Below, one piece after another: positions 12,726-26,284 of a stretch of DNA of 64,000 bases; the first letter of the stretch is position 1; each line of letters begins with the position of its first letter. The notes beneath the pieces are model-generated. The model ran no database searches and had not been told where the DNA came from. It was given only the letters and a program-made list of their open reading frames with translations. This DNA comes from Octopus sinensis (taxonomy: Eukaryota). The stretch is taken from the NCBI RefSeq assembly GCF_006345805.1, contig NC_042997.1, positions 167,462,001 through 167,526,000 on the forward strand, read 5' to 3'. Both the position numbers and the translations under genes were made by a program.

Positions 12726-12805
12726 ATATATATATAATATAAATATAATTGCGTGTACTTAAGTATGATTTTGTGTATCTGTGTGTGTGTGTGTGTGTGC
12801 GTGCG

Positions 12806-12846
<41 letters not shown>

Positions 12847-14100
12847 CCTGATATCAGACACATCATCGCCAGCAATTTCAAACTGTAACAAAAGGCCAAC
12901 AGGCTCACTGTCGGGAAGAGACCAAATCGTATAAATATGACTAGCATATCAGCCACATTACTAATTATAACACAGAACGCCTCTTACGCCCACCTGTCAC
13001 GTTAGGTGTAATAAATCTATTTTGTTACATTGTAACTTATACTGTTTTATCTCCACTAAAAAAAAATCTCTAATTAGTGTTAGCAGGGAAATATATTTAC
13101 AACTAATGTTCTACGTCACAAAGCGATATATGCACTGATTCGATGCATGTGTAGCGAAATAGCACTTTGAACCATATGAATTTTAACATACAATGATATC
13201 AAATATGAAAGCAGGAATTTATTAACTCGGAAAAGAACATATCCACTGATCGCGGATTCTCTTACTGTGTAGAAATTCGTTGCGCGCGCACACATCGATA
13301 CAGATATGATACACATGTGCTTGTGTGCGTGTTTGTATGTGTGTGTGTTTGTATGTATGTGTGTGTGTATTATGTGTGTGCATAAGTTGTCTAAAAGTCC
13401 ATAAGTCAGGAAAAATGCATTCGTATATCTGTCAATAGAGTGGGTATTTTGCATTTCATAACGGCTACCTATAATGAGTGCAGGGTTACATAATCGGACT
13501 TTTACTTAACACTCCGTCCAATCCTAGCGTGAAACTGATTGGTAAGATCGATCGTAATGGAATTATAATGCTGTACACTTCGATTAATGTGTGTGTGTGA
13601 GCGCATGCGTGCGTGTGTGTGTGTGTGTGTGTTTACATACAAACAGGTGCGACTTACACGAAACAGAAATAATGTCCAGAATTAAAGGGGTTGAAGAAGA
13701 GTATTACTAGCCCAACAACTGTTTCTGAGAGCTCGATGGTCCAAAATAATAATTGTAAATTGATTTCATCGTCGGATGATACGAGCCTCCATTTACACGG
13801 AAGAAATCTTTTTTGGGGTATTGACAGAAAGGGGATTAATACCGTTGAGGGAGGTTAAAGAACCAGAAACACGAGTCTGGGAATCCGCTAGTGGGAAGCT
13901 TTTACAATTTTTACCATGAAAGAGAAATGTTTCCTCGATAACTGCATGGTTTTTGCATTTAGAACTTAAAGTATGTTACAAATACACTTTAACTAACCAA
14001 ATGTTCGTTTTCATAATCACTGATTGACACTGATGCTGTTACACACACACACACAACACACACACCACTCACACACACACACATACACACACACACACAC

Positions 14101-14190
<90 letters not shown>

Positions 14191-14195
<5 letters not shown>

Positions 14196-14720
14196 AATTT
14201 AGAGAAAAACCTCTATTAAACAATTCAATAAAGTAAGATGTTATTCACACCATATAGAAAACTTATACTATAAAAAAATCTTATTCTAAAAATCAATAAA
14301 ATACAATAAATTGTAATTAGTAGTAAAAAGACTACGCACGTTTCATGGCTATATTTTCAAATAGATAATAATAATAAAATCAATTCGATTTAAAATTAAA
14401 TCGAACTAAAATTAATTCTATTTAAAAAATATAGTCACTCATCAGGTCTAAGATAATAAATAATAAAAAAATAATAATAGAATAAATGTACTTATCTGAA
14501 CTTATACTAATTATCAAATAAATATATTAAAAAATACGTGTATTAACTATAAATAATCGAAAAGCATTTAACAATATTTCTGAAAATAAAAATATAACTT
14601 ATTCTGTCGAATTGTTTAATAGAGGTTTTTCTCTAAATTATATACATATATATTGTGAAATTTAATTTAAAATTGTTAATTGAATTTTTCCGTGTAAGTT
14701 TATAATTATTTCCCTAATAT

Positions 14721-14730
<10 letters not shown>
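14191..14730. mobile_element. Fold-back element in (TA)n enclosing a hammerhead, with an asymmetric tail
   Basis: Arms TATATAATTTAGAGAAAAACCTCTATTAAACAATTC (14191-14226) and its reverse complement (14609-14644); tail ends TTCCCTAATATTAT, like 41790-41835. Confidence 0.7.
14329..14449 (-). ncRNA. Type-I hammerhead motif with a very long AT-rich stem II
   Basis: Minus strand AGAC-CTGATGA-G-TGACTATATTTT...AAAATATAGCCA-T-GAAAC-GTGC-GTA-GTCT; canonical core, GUA site. Confidence 0.75.
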
Positions 14731-14760
<30 letters not shown>

Positions 14761-14915
14761 TATATATATATTATATAATATATATATATATATATATAAT
14801 AAAGCAGCATCAGCGTCCAACAGTGATTAGTATTCATGTTCTGATAGCATCTCGTACAGATGTATCGTGCTAAAGAGCACAAACATACATCAGTAGCAAA
14901 CCAAAAGCGTCCAAA

Positions 14916-14960
14916 TTGCTAAATCCAGATTTCTGCGTCCCTGCACTTCATCAGTAGCAA
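14916..14960 (-). ncRNA. Minimal hammerhead motif (AUU site)
   Basis: Minus strand TTGCTA-CTGATGA-AG-TGC-AGGGAC-GCA-GAAAT-CTGG-ATT-TAGCAA; perfect 6-bp stem I. Confidence 0.65.
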
Positions 14961-15489
14961 ATACCCACTATCAGCTGCTTGACATAGAACATCAGTGATT
15001 ACCAACCCACTGGTATCGCAAATAGCTGGTGGGCTGGGTAAAACTTCATTATTTGCGACGGAAGCAATATCGGTTTATTAGTTCAGAATACCATTTTGTA
15101 TATCATACTTATATTAGATATACTGTAGAAAATCATGCATTTGTGTATGTGTGTGTGTGTGTGCGTGCGTATGTGTGTGTTTGTGTGTGCGTGTTTGTGT
15201 GTGTGTGTATATATGTATGTACATACAAACATCGTTTTTAATATCGGGACTTAATAAAAATAAAGCTGCTATAAATAACAGCATGTAGCTTATCGGGATT
15301 AAAACCCCACTTGGATGGAAATTAAGTCGAAGGCTGCCCATTCATCTCAGACGTACATCGTCTGTGAACATGGCAGAGGTGATACTACGTCAAGAGTTGT
15401 AAATCCCACAGTTTACAAAACTTAATCGTTTTACTCTTTATAACCATGAAATCTAGCTATACTTTAGTATCATTTGGATTATTATGTTA

Positions 15490-16212
15490 GGAGCTGATGA
15501 CTTATTGCCGCTTTTTATTCTAATAAGTCAAGCAGAAACCCTTTTCCATAGTCATGAACACTCGTCCTAAGGATTTTGGTCTCCACGTTAACTCAGACAA
15601 AACAGAATACATAAGCTTAAATCAAAATGGAACAATCAAAACAGTATCTGGTACACCTCTCAACTGTGTAGAAGAATTTACTTACGTAGATACTAAAGTG
15701 TCTAGTTTCGTAGCAATGTAAACACACGCGTTGGTAAAGCCTGGCGTGCTGTCGGTATATTATCTCTAGTGTGGAAATCTAGACTTCCAGGCAACACGAG
15801 AAGGAGCCTCTTTCAAACAATTGTTAGCTCTGTTCTATCTTATCGCTGCTCAGCATGAACCCTTACCTCAAAATTGGAAAGAAGATTCGATGAAGCCTAC
15901 ACTTGTATGCTAAATGTGGCTTTGAATATCACCTGGAGAGATCATCTGACCGATGAGCGAGTGTATGGGAACCTTCGTCCAATATCAGACATCATCAAAG
16001 AGCGTAGAGTCAGATTTGTAAGGCTTTGCTGGAAAGCTAAAGACGAAATTGTTAGTTAAGTTCTTATGTGGGAGCCTACATAAGGAAGCTTTATCAGGGG
16101 ACGAAAAGCTAAGATTAATAGCAAGCAGATTTCTGATGACCTGCCGAATATGATAAACAATGGAATTGGATGACAACAAAGTCACGAGAGTGCGTGCCAG
16201 CAGTGCGACTGA
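15490..16212 (+). mobile_element. Decayed RTE/RTEX-like LINE, RT C-terminal part
   Basis: ADDL near 15493; GLHVNSDKTEYISLN...VEEFTYV; ORF 15874-16059 YTCMLNVALNITWRDHLTDERVYGNLRPISDIIKERRVRF. Confidence 0.8.
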
Positions 16213-16296
16213 ATGTATGTATGTATGTATGTATGTATGTATGTATGTATGTATGTATGTATGTATGTATGTATGTATGTATGTATGTATGTATAC

Positions 16297-16400
16297 TCTG
16301 TATTTGATTATTTGAAATAGTTCTCTAAGGAAGGAGCTGGTTTCTAACAAGGATACAAAACCCCATCGTTGGGAAGTAGATAGAAAAAATATGTATAACT
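16297..16400 (-). mobile_element. 3' UTR remnant of a (CATA)n-associated REL LINE
   Basis: Its reverse complement matches 29460-29540 (CCAACGATG..TTTTGTATC.TTGTTAGAAAC.AGCTCCTTCCTT); abuts (TATG)n. Confidence 0.7.
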
Positions 16401-17392
16401 GCATCTATGTACGTACATTTCTCGGCCTCTGTTTTATATTTGTTGATTTTCTTAAAGACGATGAGCACCGTTTTGTTGTATTCATATTTTTCAGCTTTCT
16501 CTAATATTCTTTATTTTCCCTATATATTCTCCACTCCTAAACAATATTTTCTAGTTGCGGAAGACCTATATTTCACTGTACTCGTAGCACGTATAATCTC
16601 TTCGTTGAGCAATGTATTCTAAATGACATTACTCGCGGTTTCCTTCTTGCGATTTATGTAACACCTTCTTTGCCTATATAATGATTATAACTGATTACTA
16701 TTAGAGCCACGGCATTCGATACCAATTCCTATTTTATCATGTAGTTCAGCTTTAATTTAAAGTGTCCACGATAATGATACGTTGTTGCTCTTTTTTATGT
16801 TTAGCCCCAGGTTACTCCTAGTACTACAGGCAAAGGATCAAATGCGTTCGCCTTAAGGCACTGCATTTCGTCTTTTATTCAAACCATACGAAGTGTAAGG
16901 AGTGCCTTTCAATATTGACGTTAGGGGAAATATAAGAGATAAATTTACTTGAAAAGAAGCCTCTAAACAGTTTAACTACATTTTTTGACTTAATAATACA
17001 TCTAAAGATAATTAATATTCACATTAGGAAAAACAACTTTTTATAAAGAAACTGCAATAATCAAGAAAGCAGATGGCTATCGGGGAAATGGTCAACAAAG
17101 CAGAAAAAATAGTGACCCCTGCAGGTTCTACTACACCAACCACTGAAAGTAGTTGATGTAGTATTAATACTATTATCTTGTAGCCAGTGCTGTTGCTGTT
17201 GTTGTCCTTGTTGTTGAAGATCTTGCACTTGTGGTGGATTAAGTGAAGTGAAATTAAACAGTTTGTAACATTATAAGGTCTTTAGTTAATGTTTAATTAA
17301 GCAATTATTTGAAGTTACTTAAATTTAGTTTAATAAGTGATGTGAAATAAATATATTTCTCTATTGCGTGGAGATATACACACAAACACACA

Positions 17393-17423
<31 letters not shown>

Positions 17424-17691
17424 CACGTTAAATGTAGTAAGTCAAGTAAAACAAATTCAAAACATGTATTGTACATACAGAAGTAATTTAAATGAATTCC
17501 CCTCCATTATCCTTACTACCACCAGAACCACAACCACAACCACAATGAAAACCACCACCACCACCATCGTCGGTTCAAACACCAATACTACCACCATAAC
17601 AAAACATTGACACTTCAAAAATCAAAACATTGACACTTCAACAGTACAGTATAGTAGTAGAATTAAAACCAACTCTTCACAAGGGTAAATA

Positions 17692-17755
<64 letters not shown>

Positions 17756-18054
17756 CATTATTATTATTATACTAAAAACATATAACAAGAAGTTGAAGTA
17801 CCAAGATTAGAAGTAGTAATACTCAGGAAACATCAAGAATATTGTAGTTACCAACTTCCATTACTTAAAATAACTTAACCAACACCAACTGCTTGAAAGG
17901 GGAGGTAAGTTATTTCTGATGGGTTTTTAATGTAAAGCGAAAATGTTTATCTCGCTCTTCAGCTTCAAGACTGCGCGTTTTAATCACAGACATTAATTTC
18001 ATTGTGAGACTAAGTATATTTTTTACTAAACCTATCGTGTACGATTGCAAATAA

Positions 18055-18150
18055 CAGTGTGGTTAAGGGTTCGGTCCCACTGCGCAGAACTTTGGAAAAG
18101 TGTCTTCTACTATAGCCCCAAGCCGACCAAAGCCTTGTGAGTCGATTTGA
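18055..18150 (+). mobile_element. SINE family B, 5' fragment
   Basis: GGGTTCGGTCCCACTGCGCAG...GTGTCTTCTACTATAGCC...CCGACCAAAGCCTTGTGAGT. Confidence 0.75.
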
Positions 18151-18445
18151 CATACATATATACATACAAACATACATACATAATGTATGCATACATACAT
18201 ACATACATACATACATACATACATACATACATAATGCATACATACATACATACGTACATACATACATACATACATACATACGTACATACATAATGCATAC
18301 ATGCATACATGCATACATACATACATAGATACATACATACATACATACATACATGCATACATACATGCATGCATACATACATGCATGCATACATACATAC
18401 AAAGATGCATACATACATACTTACATATATATACATATATATATG

Positions 18446-18523
<78 letters not shown>

Positions 18524-18524
18524 C

Positions 18525-18620
<96 letters not shown>
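18151..18620. repeat. (CATA)n/(TA)n/(GATA)n compound microsatellite
   Basis: Direct inspection. Confidence 0.95.
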
Positions 18621-18634
18621 TCGCCATGATAGAT

Positions 18635-18808
18635 TGTTAGCCACTACACACATTTTTTTCTCTTCTTGTTTTTTCTGTGTCCCTTTTGGTAGAAGAGCGT
18701 AGGCTCGAAACGTAAAAGACTTTTTCTATTCCTGAGCGTTATACTAATACATCTGTTTGTTTTGTACACCACCTATCTTCATCTTTTGTTTTTTTCGTAA
18801 ACTCTCCC
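18635..18808 (+). mobile_element. Solo PLE 3' end with a degenerate hammerhead-like motif at 18679-18720
   Basis: GAAGAGCGTAGGCTCGAAACGTAAAAGAC; homologous to 9368-9555 and 25745-25925. Confidence 0.7.
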
Positions 18809-18842
18809 TATATATATATATATATATATAGATATATATATA

Positions 18843-18890
<48 letters not shown>

Positions 18891-18910
18891 ATATCTATAT
18901 ATATATATAT

Positions 18911-19195
18911 AATTATTGATAGGGAAGACAGTGTACTGTAAGCTTTGTTTGACACGACAACCGTTTCGGCCTACAGTACACGCTGTCTTCCCTATCAATC
19001 ATTTAAAACATACTAAATGTGCACCGAGGAATTCCTACGTAGATCTTCCGACGAAAGTACGGTACTGCGGATGACGCCTGGTAGCCGTATGTGGTGAACA
19101 TGGTCTCAAAGCACACTACTAGCAACATACCTAAAATAAGGTATTGATACTACATTTTAATGTCTCATATCTAAACTTCAATTTAAGCGTAACCT
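18911..19195. mobile_element. Fold-back element in (TA)n with a tail
   Basis: ATTGATAGGGAAGACAG-TGTACTGTA inverted against TACAGTACAC-GCTGTCTTCCCTATCAAT; the loop carries minus-strand GGCCGAAACGGTTGTC (possible hammerhead 3' half). Confidence 0.55.
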
Positions 19196-19238
<43 letters not shown>

Positions 19239-19266
19239 TATATATATATATATATATATAATAATG

Positions 19267-19313
<47 letters not shown>

Positions 19314-19400
19314 GATGATGATGATGATGATGATGACGATAACAATACTAATAATAATAATAATAATAATATAATAATAATAATAATAATAATAATACTA
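19196..19400. repeat. (TA)n/(TAA)n/(GAT)n microsatellites
   Basis: Direct inspection. Confidence 0.95.
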
Positions 19401-19745
19401 GTAATCATCCTAACGCTCAAACTAAATATAGAAGTAATAACAAAGATAATAATAAACAATATATGGAAATGAATAAAGATAATTATAATATACTCATAAA
19501 TAAAAATAATAAGAAAAATGATCATAGTAAGGATAATACCAAAAATAATTCGAATGGAAATAAGCAGAATTATTATATACCCACCAGGGTAAGGGGAGTC
19601 AACACTGAAATTTTTAATTTCTTAGAAGTAAATGAAAAAAACTAAATGATGGAACCTGTAACTGGGGTAAATCTTTACCAAGTTCGGCGACAACTCTGGA
19701 TATGTTTTGGTATTCTTAAACCTTTTCAATGAAGCATAGTCTTAC

Positions 19746-19972
19746 TTATTTCTTTACTGCCCACAAGGGGCTACACATAGAGGGGACAAAATAAAGACAG
19801 ACAAACGGCTTAAGTCGATTATATCGACCCTAGTGCGTAACTGGTACTTAATTTATCGACCCCGAAAGGATGAAAGGCAAAGTCGACCTCGGCGGAATTT
19901 GAAATCAGAACGTAACGGCAGACGAAACACCGCAAAGCATTTCGCCCGGCGTGCTAACGTTTCTGCCAGCTC
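19746..19972 (-). mobile_element. SINE family A monomer with a 12-bp TSD
   Basis: TSD GCATAGTCTTAC at 19734-19745 and 19973-19984. Confidence 0.9.
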
Positions 19973-20679
19973 GCATAGTCTTACCAGTATTCACCAGACC
20001 CTGGAGAATTGGAAAATATAAGAATTTTATGAAATTCACTCTCTCCTAATATCCCATTTAATTCATTTTAATAAACTTGAATTTCAAGATTGTCTCCTTT
20101 GCTGTTCATGAGCAAAATTAATCATTAAGCTGAAGTTGTTTTCTTCCTCACTCCGGGTTTAATTAAAATTAATTAACATTTTAAGACTCATTGTATTATG
20201 TATAACACTACACACTGAGCTGTTTTCTTTTCATACAGATGGCGTCTCTGTGCAATGTTCATCTTACCCGGTCCTTTTTATATAGATGAAGATTACGGCA
20301 AATAAATAAAATTTAGAAATAAATATAATAAAATAGAAAATCAATAACCAATTTGAGATAACCTCCAATTAAATTAGTTTCATTTTTTTAAATATATCTC
20401 CACACGAGATAGCTGACACATTTCATTAGCAATCTTACTTTCCTGGCTGATAAAATATAAACTGTGAATATCCTGTTGATTCTGGATAGGAATTATTAAC
20501 AGATATTATTTGCCAAAAATCTGACAAACATCTAAACCTTAATTCTTCGGTGAGATGACAGTACTATCTAATTAAAAAAGCAACGGGAACAACAACAACA
20601 ACAACAATAGAATCAACAATAGCAGCATCGGTAATAGTAAACTTACAAGGAAGCTATATGCGTGCTCTCGAATTGATAT

Positions 20680-20892
20680 AAATTTTGGCATAAAGTCAGT
20701 ATTTTAGGGGGATAGGTGGGTGTAAGTCTATTTCATCGATCCCAGTGCTCAGTTGGTATTTATTTTATTGGCCCAGAAAGGTTAAAAGGCAAAATCCACC
20801 TCGCCAGAATTTGAACCCAGAATGTACAGACGGACGAAATGCCACTAAGCATTTTGCACGGCGTGCTAACGCTCCTTCCAGCTTGCCGCCTT
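20680..20892 (-). mobile_element. SINE family A, older subfamily
   Basis: Diverged match to the family A head and body. Confidence 0.75.
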
Positions 20893-21964
20893 AGATTTGC
20901 TCTAGATATTAGTAACTGGATCTCTTCATAAGCACACTCTGCCGGCTTAAAAGAAAGAAAGACACACGTATTTTAGTCATTACGCTAGAGACCAGTCAGA
21001 TCATACTGACTGGTCGACAGATGACAAAAATATTACCAGAATACATTTGTGATTCTGGAGGATGAACATTGCAATTGTCCAATAAAAGAATAGCCTTGTT
21101 ATCCTAAAGTAGATATTTTTTTTCAAAAATTGCCTTTTACGTTTTGAAAAAAATGATTTTTTGAAAAAAACTTGCCTTAAACAAACTTCCCGACATCCAT
21201 GCATTGCTATAGACATCATAAACCACTAGCAAAAACAGCGTTTCCTTAAATGTCCAATGTCCCACATTTTCCAGTAACAAAGTTTCAGCCCTCGTCCACC
21301 CGTATTATCTATCTACAAAAGAGTTAAATTACGTTTTTAATCTAATCCTCAAATATGAAATTGTATTTTTCAATGGCCTCAATACCTCTGAAATCAAAGA
21401 CGGTCCCTTCTCTCAAGGGGAAGAAGGTACCCAACCTCCAGTAATCGTTGACTCTCCAGAAAGCTCAAGAGAGGTCCATAATGGACAATGCTGCTGTTGC
21501 TACTGCATACCCAGACATTCTCGACCGCATCCAAAAAAGAACTACATGACTGACTGATATGAAGCCACTGACAGACACGCTCCAGCCTTTGGCCCACATG
21601 CACGTTTTCTCATCGTTTCTGCGGATATGGGATAACCGCTACAATAATGGCTTCTACTCCTTAGAGCTAGATGAGCCATTCAGATATTCGTAACGTACTC
21701 AACTCTCCTTCTCTCATCAACCTTGTTGGGCTTAATCCCACTGAGCCTGCACTAATCAGTCCTTCCTTCTCAGAACGTTACCCCTCTGGGATTCCCTTTC
21801 CTGCAGTTGTTGACTTACAATGGATCAAGAGGAATATTAATGGCACCAATCTTGCCATTATAAGAGGGCTAGAAAACACCATGGACACTGCTTCTTCTTC
21901 CAGACTCAGTAAGTAAATAAAACTTACTGATTTCTTTTCTTTTTACAAATTAAGTTCAAGAATG

Positions 21965-22335
21965 CTACGTCAACTTTTTAAGTTTTCTAAATCACCCACT
22001 AAAAACACGCAGGTCTCCGCAATATCTTTCTCTTCGTGATACTGCTTAACCTTTTCAATGATAATTTGGTCTGAAATTGACATACTTTCGGTTACTTTTC
22101 CCTAATCCACTTAAATAATATTAAATCTAATGTTGAAAAGTTTGCTTTTAATGTTTGCCGTATATCAGTACATTTATTGGTCTCTGAATCAGCCATAGAC
22201 TGCATTAATTTTTTCATGGTTAAAATTGTTAAAGGACTTATGATATATTCACACTTGAAAGTGTTCCAATTTTCAACGTATCCAAATTCAGTATTCAATA
22301 TTGTTGTGCAATATAAAAGTTATATTTTTTTTCTT
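21965..22335 (-). mobile_element. pogo/Tigger-like transposase relic (CENP-B-type HTH)
   Basis: TLKANFSTLDLILFKWIREK...ISDQIIIEKVKQYHEEKDIAETCVFSG* resembles the pattern LD..L..W....R...ISG..I...A......C..S.GW. Confidence 0.6.
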
Positions 22336-22361
22336 TTCACACATTTCCCAGCTTGGTGAGT

Positions 22362-22776
22362 TTTACTCTTTACTCTTTTACTCTTTTACTTGTTTCAGTC
22401 ATTTGACTGCGGCCATGCTGGAGCACCGCCTTTAATCGAGCAACTCCACCCCGGGACTTATTCTTTGTAAGCCCAGTACTTATTCTATCGGTCTCTTTTG
22501 CCGAACCGCTAAGTGACGGGAACATATACACACCAGCATCGGTTGTCAAGCAATGCTAGGGGGACAAATACAGACACACAAACACACATGCACACACATA
22601 TATATATATACATATATACAACGGGCTTCTTTCAGTCTACCAAATCCACTCACAAGGCTTTGGTCGGCCCGAGGCTATAGTAGAAGACACTTGCCCAAGG
22701 TGCCATGCAGTGGGACTGAATCCGGAACCATGTGGTTGGTAAACAAGCTACTTACCACACAGCCACTCCTGCGCCT
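22362..22776 (-). mobile_element. SINE family B, full length
   Basis: Head AGGCGCAGGAGTGGCTGTGTGGTAAGTAGCTTG...; AGAGTAA-type tail. Confidence 0.9.
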
Positions 22777-23202
22777 AATGTTTTGTTAACATTATAAAAC
22801 ATTTTACCCTATAAGTAGAGAAAGTCAAATACATAACACTTTGGTGAAAGACACAAACTTTTTCTTTTTTAATTTCAATTTAAACAATGGCATTGTAGCG
22901 TTAGCAACCAGCACTTAAAACAAAATTAGTGAAGCGCAACAAATAGCACCAAACAATAGTGCAATACATACTATTAGATACTGAGTTAATAAAATGTTTT
23001 ACATCACATTTAGATAGATAGATAATAGATACATACATACATACATACATACATACATACATACATACATACATACATACATACATACATACATACATAC
23101 AGTACTCATCGAGTATCTTTAACTCGTACACAACCCTCTTTGAATATATATGTCTGTATGTGTATTCATATTGTGCGTGTGTGTACACATAAAAATATAT
23201 AT

Positions 23203-23705
23203 AAACATTACGTTATATAATTAGGGTTCAGTAAAAAAATTTACTTTACCACACACCGAACTTTTAGAAATAGCAGCCAAAAAATTTTAGCTATTTCTTC
23301 TACTATAAGAAAAGTCTCCCAGACAATGTATACTAAAAAATAATTCACGTAGGTATAGAGGGAAAAATAACGAAAGATCACACGTACATCGATTACTTGA
23401 GAACGCCGTTTCTGGATTAGTTGGATAAGGAGATGCTAGAAATACATACTCCTATCAACATTTCTTTCGTCAGCCCAAGATATCGTTTGGTTTAAATTTG
23501 AGAGCACTTCTTATAGTAGAAGAAATAGCTAAAATTTTTGGGCTGCTATTTCTAAAAGTTCGGTGTGTGTGGTAAAGTAAATTTTTTTACTGAACCCTAA
23601 TTATATAACGTAATGTTTTAAATATACCGTAAATAGTCTTTTTACATACTGAACACTACTTGGTAAAATTAATTAATAATTAATTAATTTTACCCTTTTA
23701 TTATT
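23203..23705. mobile_element. Fold-back element with ~105-bp near-perfect arms enclosing a hammerhead, plus a tail
   Basis: 23203-23310 is the reverse complement of 23509-23618; tail TTGGTAAAATTAATTAA...TTTACCCTT then (TA)n. Confidence 0.8.
23396..23479 (-). ncRNA. Type-I hammerhead motif with an extended stem II
   Basis: Minus strand CTTGGG-CTGACGA-...GTTGATAGGAG...CTCCTTATCCAAC...-GAAAC-GGC-GTT-CTCAAG. Confidence 0.7.
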
Positions 23706-23783
23706 GTGTATATATATATATATATATTGATTGATTGATTGATTCTAGTTTCAGCTCATGAGTTGTGGCCATGCTGGGGCACC

Positions 23784-23875
<92 letters not shown>

Positions 23876-25029
23876 GCCTTTGTATATTTACTTACATATA
23901 AATATATATACATATATATATATGCATATACATATATACATACAGACTCACTGAGTCAATCCGGCCAACAACATCAGGCTCTGGTCACCTTAATATACTC
24001 CACTTCTACGAACCAACATGGGACCTTTTACCTTCTTACAAGACCTCTTAGAAATAGCAGGCCAAATTTCCTTCATATAGATGTCTGTCGTTTTTCTTTT
24101 TTTTTTTTTTTCAATGCAGTATGGTCGTGGTTGGAATATCATTGATGATATGTCCTTTCAGTTAATGTGGCCTGTGGCCAAGCAGCATAAACATCAACTG
24201 TTACACTTGTACGTTACACTACAACTCACTTCACTAAATTACACTATGCTGCTTCGCTGAAATTTCTCAAGACCTCTGACATGGGCATTATTTAAGCCAC
24301 TATACATCATTAGAAATGTTAATTAACACTTCTCTCATTTTTTCTCAACGTCTCTCTTCTACTTTTCGCTTGCTCTTTTTCTCTTTATATATGTATTTAT
24401 ATATCCAAAGATGTATGTGTATGCGTTTGTGTGTATCTGTGTCTACACGTGCAACATTTTTTGACATAAGGGAAAGATAGAGACTACTCAATACTTATAA
24501 CAGACTTCATATAAGCAATAAAAATGCTTAAAACAAGATATTTATTAAAGGTCGTTACAAAAATTCAGTCGAAAATAAAAAGCGATGCAAAACTCGGATT
24601 AACGACAGTAAGAAATATCTGTTTTAATATATATATATTTACACACACATATTAAATTACTTCCTGATATATTAATAGCGGTTCGTTTCGTTACTACATT
24701 GCATTCTAGGCCAAATCTATAGAGTTCTTAACCAAAATCGTACGATGTTGGTCTAAAACCCTACGCCTAGATATACAATCTGTTCGCAGATAGAAAAAGT
24801 AAGAATAATCGTATATGCATAATACAATTCTTCTTGGAATTTCGTCTGTGTCAACACCTTCCATAGCTATCCATGAAATCATTGCATATGAACCCATTTA
24901 TATTAGTGACTAAAGTAAATTGGATACACCGATTTGCATAATTAACACTTTCTTAGCAGCTAATTGGAATATTGAATTACTGGATGTTGACAGTGCGTGT
25001 GTGTATGTGTACATATATATGTCATTTAC

Positions 25030-25923
25030 TTCAACTCCTGCTCTTTCTGTCCTTCTCTGTAAATCGGTCAGACGGGACGCCGCTTCGCTGATCGATTCGC
25101 GGAACACCACCGAGACATTAACTCGGCAATGACATCCCGGTCTCGTGCCATTTCCACTCTACCGGTCACTCTTTACAACACCTGCCAGTGTTCAGATTGT
25201 CTTTGCACAAGGAATATCTGGACTCCCACTTTCGCCGTGAACAGGAATTAATCTTCTCTCTTTGTTCCTTTGCGCCACATGGGCTCGACTCCCCTCTTCA
25301 TCTCTTCACTCCATCCTACCTCTCCTCTCTTGCCTTGACACCTACTTTCTCTCTTCACTCCTATCCACCTTCTCCCTTCATTGATACCCCTCCATCCACA
25401 CACACCCTCCACACAGCCCACTCCAACACGCTCCACTCACCCCCACATTCTCACACCACCCACACATCCTCACCCCACCCCCACATCTCCACCCTCACTT
25501 CCCCACACCCCAACACCACCAATCCACACCACACACCACCACATCACCACTCCACCCCACACTACTCAGTACACACTAGCACTGACCACTTCCCAGCATC
25601 CACACAGATTACAGACGCACACACACACGCACACACTTACTCACATACACGCACGCGCACCTTCGTTTTGGGATCACCAGTACTTTATTATCTATCCTTC
25701 TTCCTAGCTCTACTGTCTAATCACCTTTGTCAGTTAGCATGACTGACCGCTAACTACACAAGTTTTTTTAATTTTCTCTCTGTTTATTTCATCGTGTTCC
25801 TTTCTGTTGAAGAGCGTAGGCTTGAAACGTAAAATACTTTCTCACCTTCCCGAACGTCAAACTAATACACCTGCTTGTTGTTTATACACCTGTCTTCGTC
25901 TTTCGTTTTTCTGTAAATTTCAA

Positions 25924-25925
<2 letters not shown>
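25030..25925 (+). mobile_element. Neptune-like PLE: GIY-YIG endonuclease C-terminus plus 3' UTR/pLTR
   Basis: SCSFCPSL*IGQTGRRFADRFAEHHRDI...PVSCHFHSTGHSLQHL...REQELIFSLCSFAPHGLD; hammerhead-like motif at 25800-25837. Confidence 0.85.
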
Positions 25926-25967
<42 letters not shown>

Positions 25968-26068
25968 TTTCACACGCACACAATCCGCTCGCGGACAGAA
26001 AAAGAACTGTTGTATATGTACATTTCAACTTTCTCTCTCTCTCTCACTGTATATATGTATGTATGTGT

Positions 26069-26111
<43 letters not shown>

Positions 26112-26116
26112 TATAT

Positions 26117-26154
<38 letters not shown>

Positions 26155-26228
26155 TATACATACATACATACATACATACATACATACATACATACATACA
26201 TACATTACATACATACATACATACATGC

Positions 26229-26283
<55 letters not shown>
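25926..26283. repeat. (TA)n/(CATA)n/(GATA)n microsatellites
   Basis: Direct inspection. Confidence 0.95.

Positions 26284-26284
<1 letters not shown>

Noticed and set aside
13708-13795. Hammerhead-like minus-strand GAAAC-AGTT-GTT with a hairpin
   Set aside because: No CUGANGA core or stem I in the required position.
20221-20305. Strong acceptor-like TTTTCTTTTCATACAG followed by short frames
   Set aside because: All frames stop within about 25 codons and no recognisable protein similarity.
21400-21916. Possible LINE ORF1 relic
   Set aside because: Too degenerate to assign by eye.
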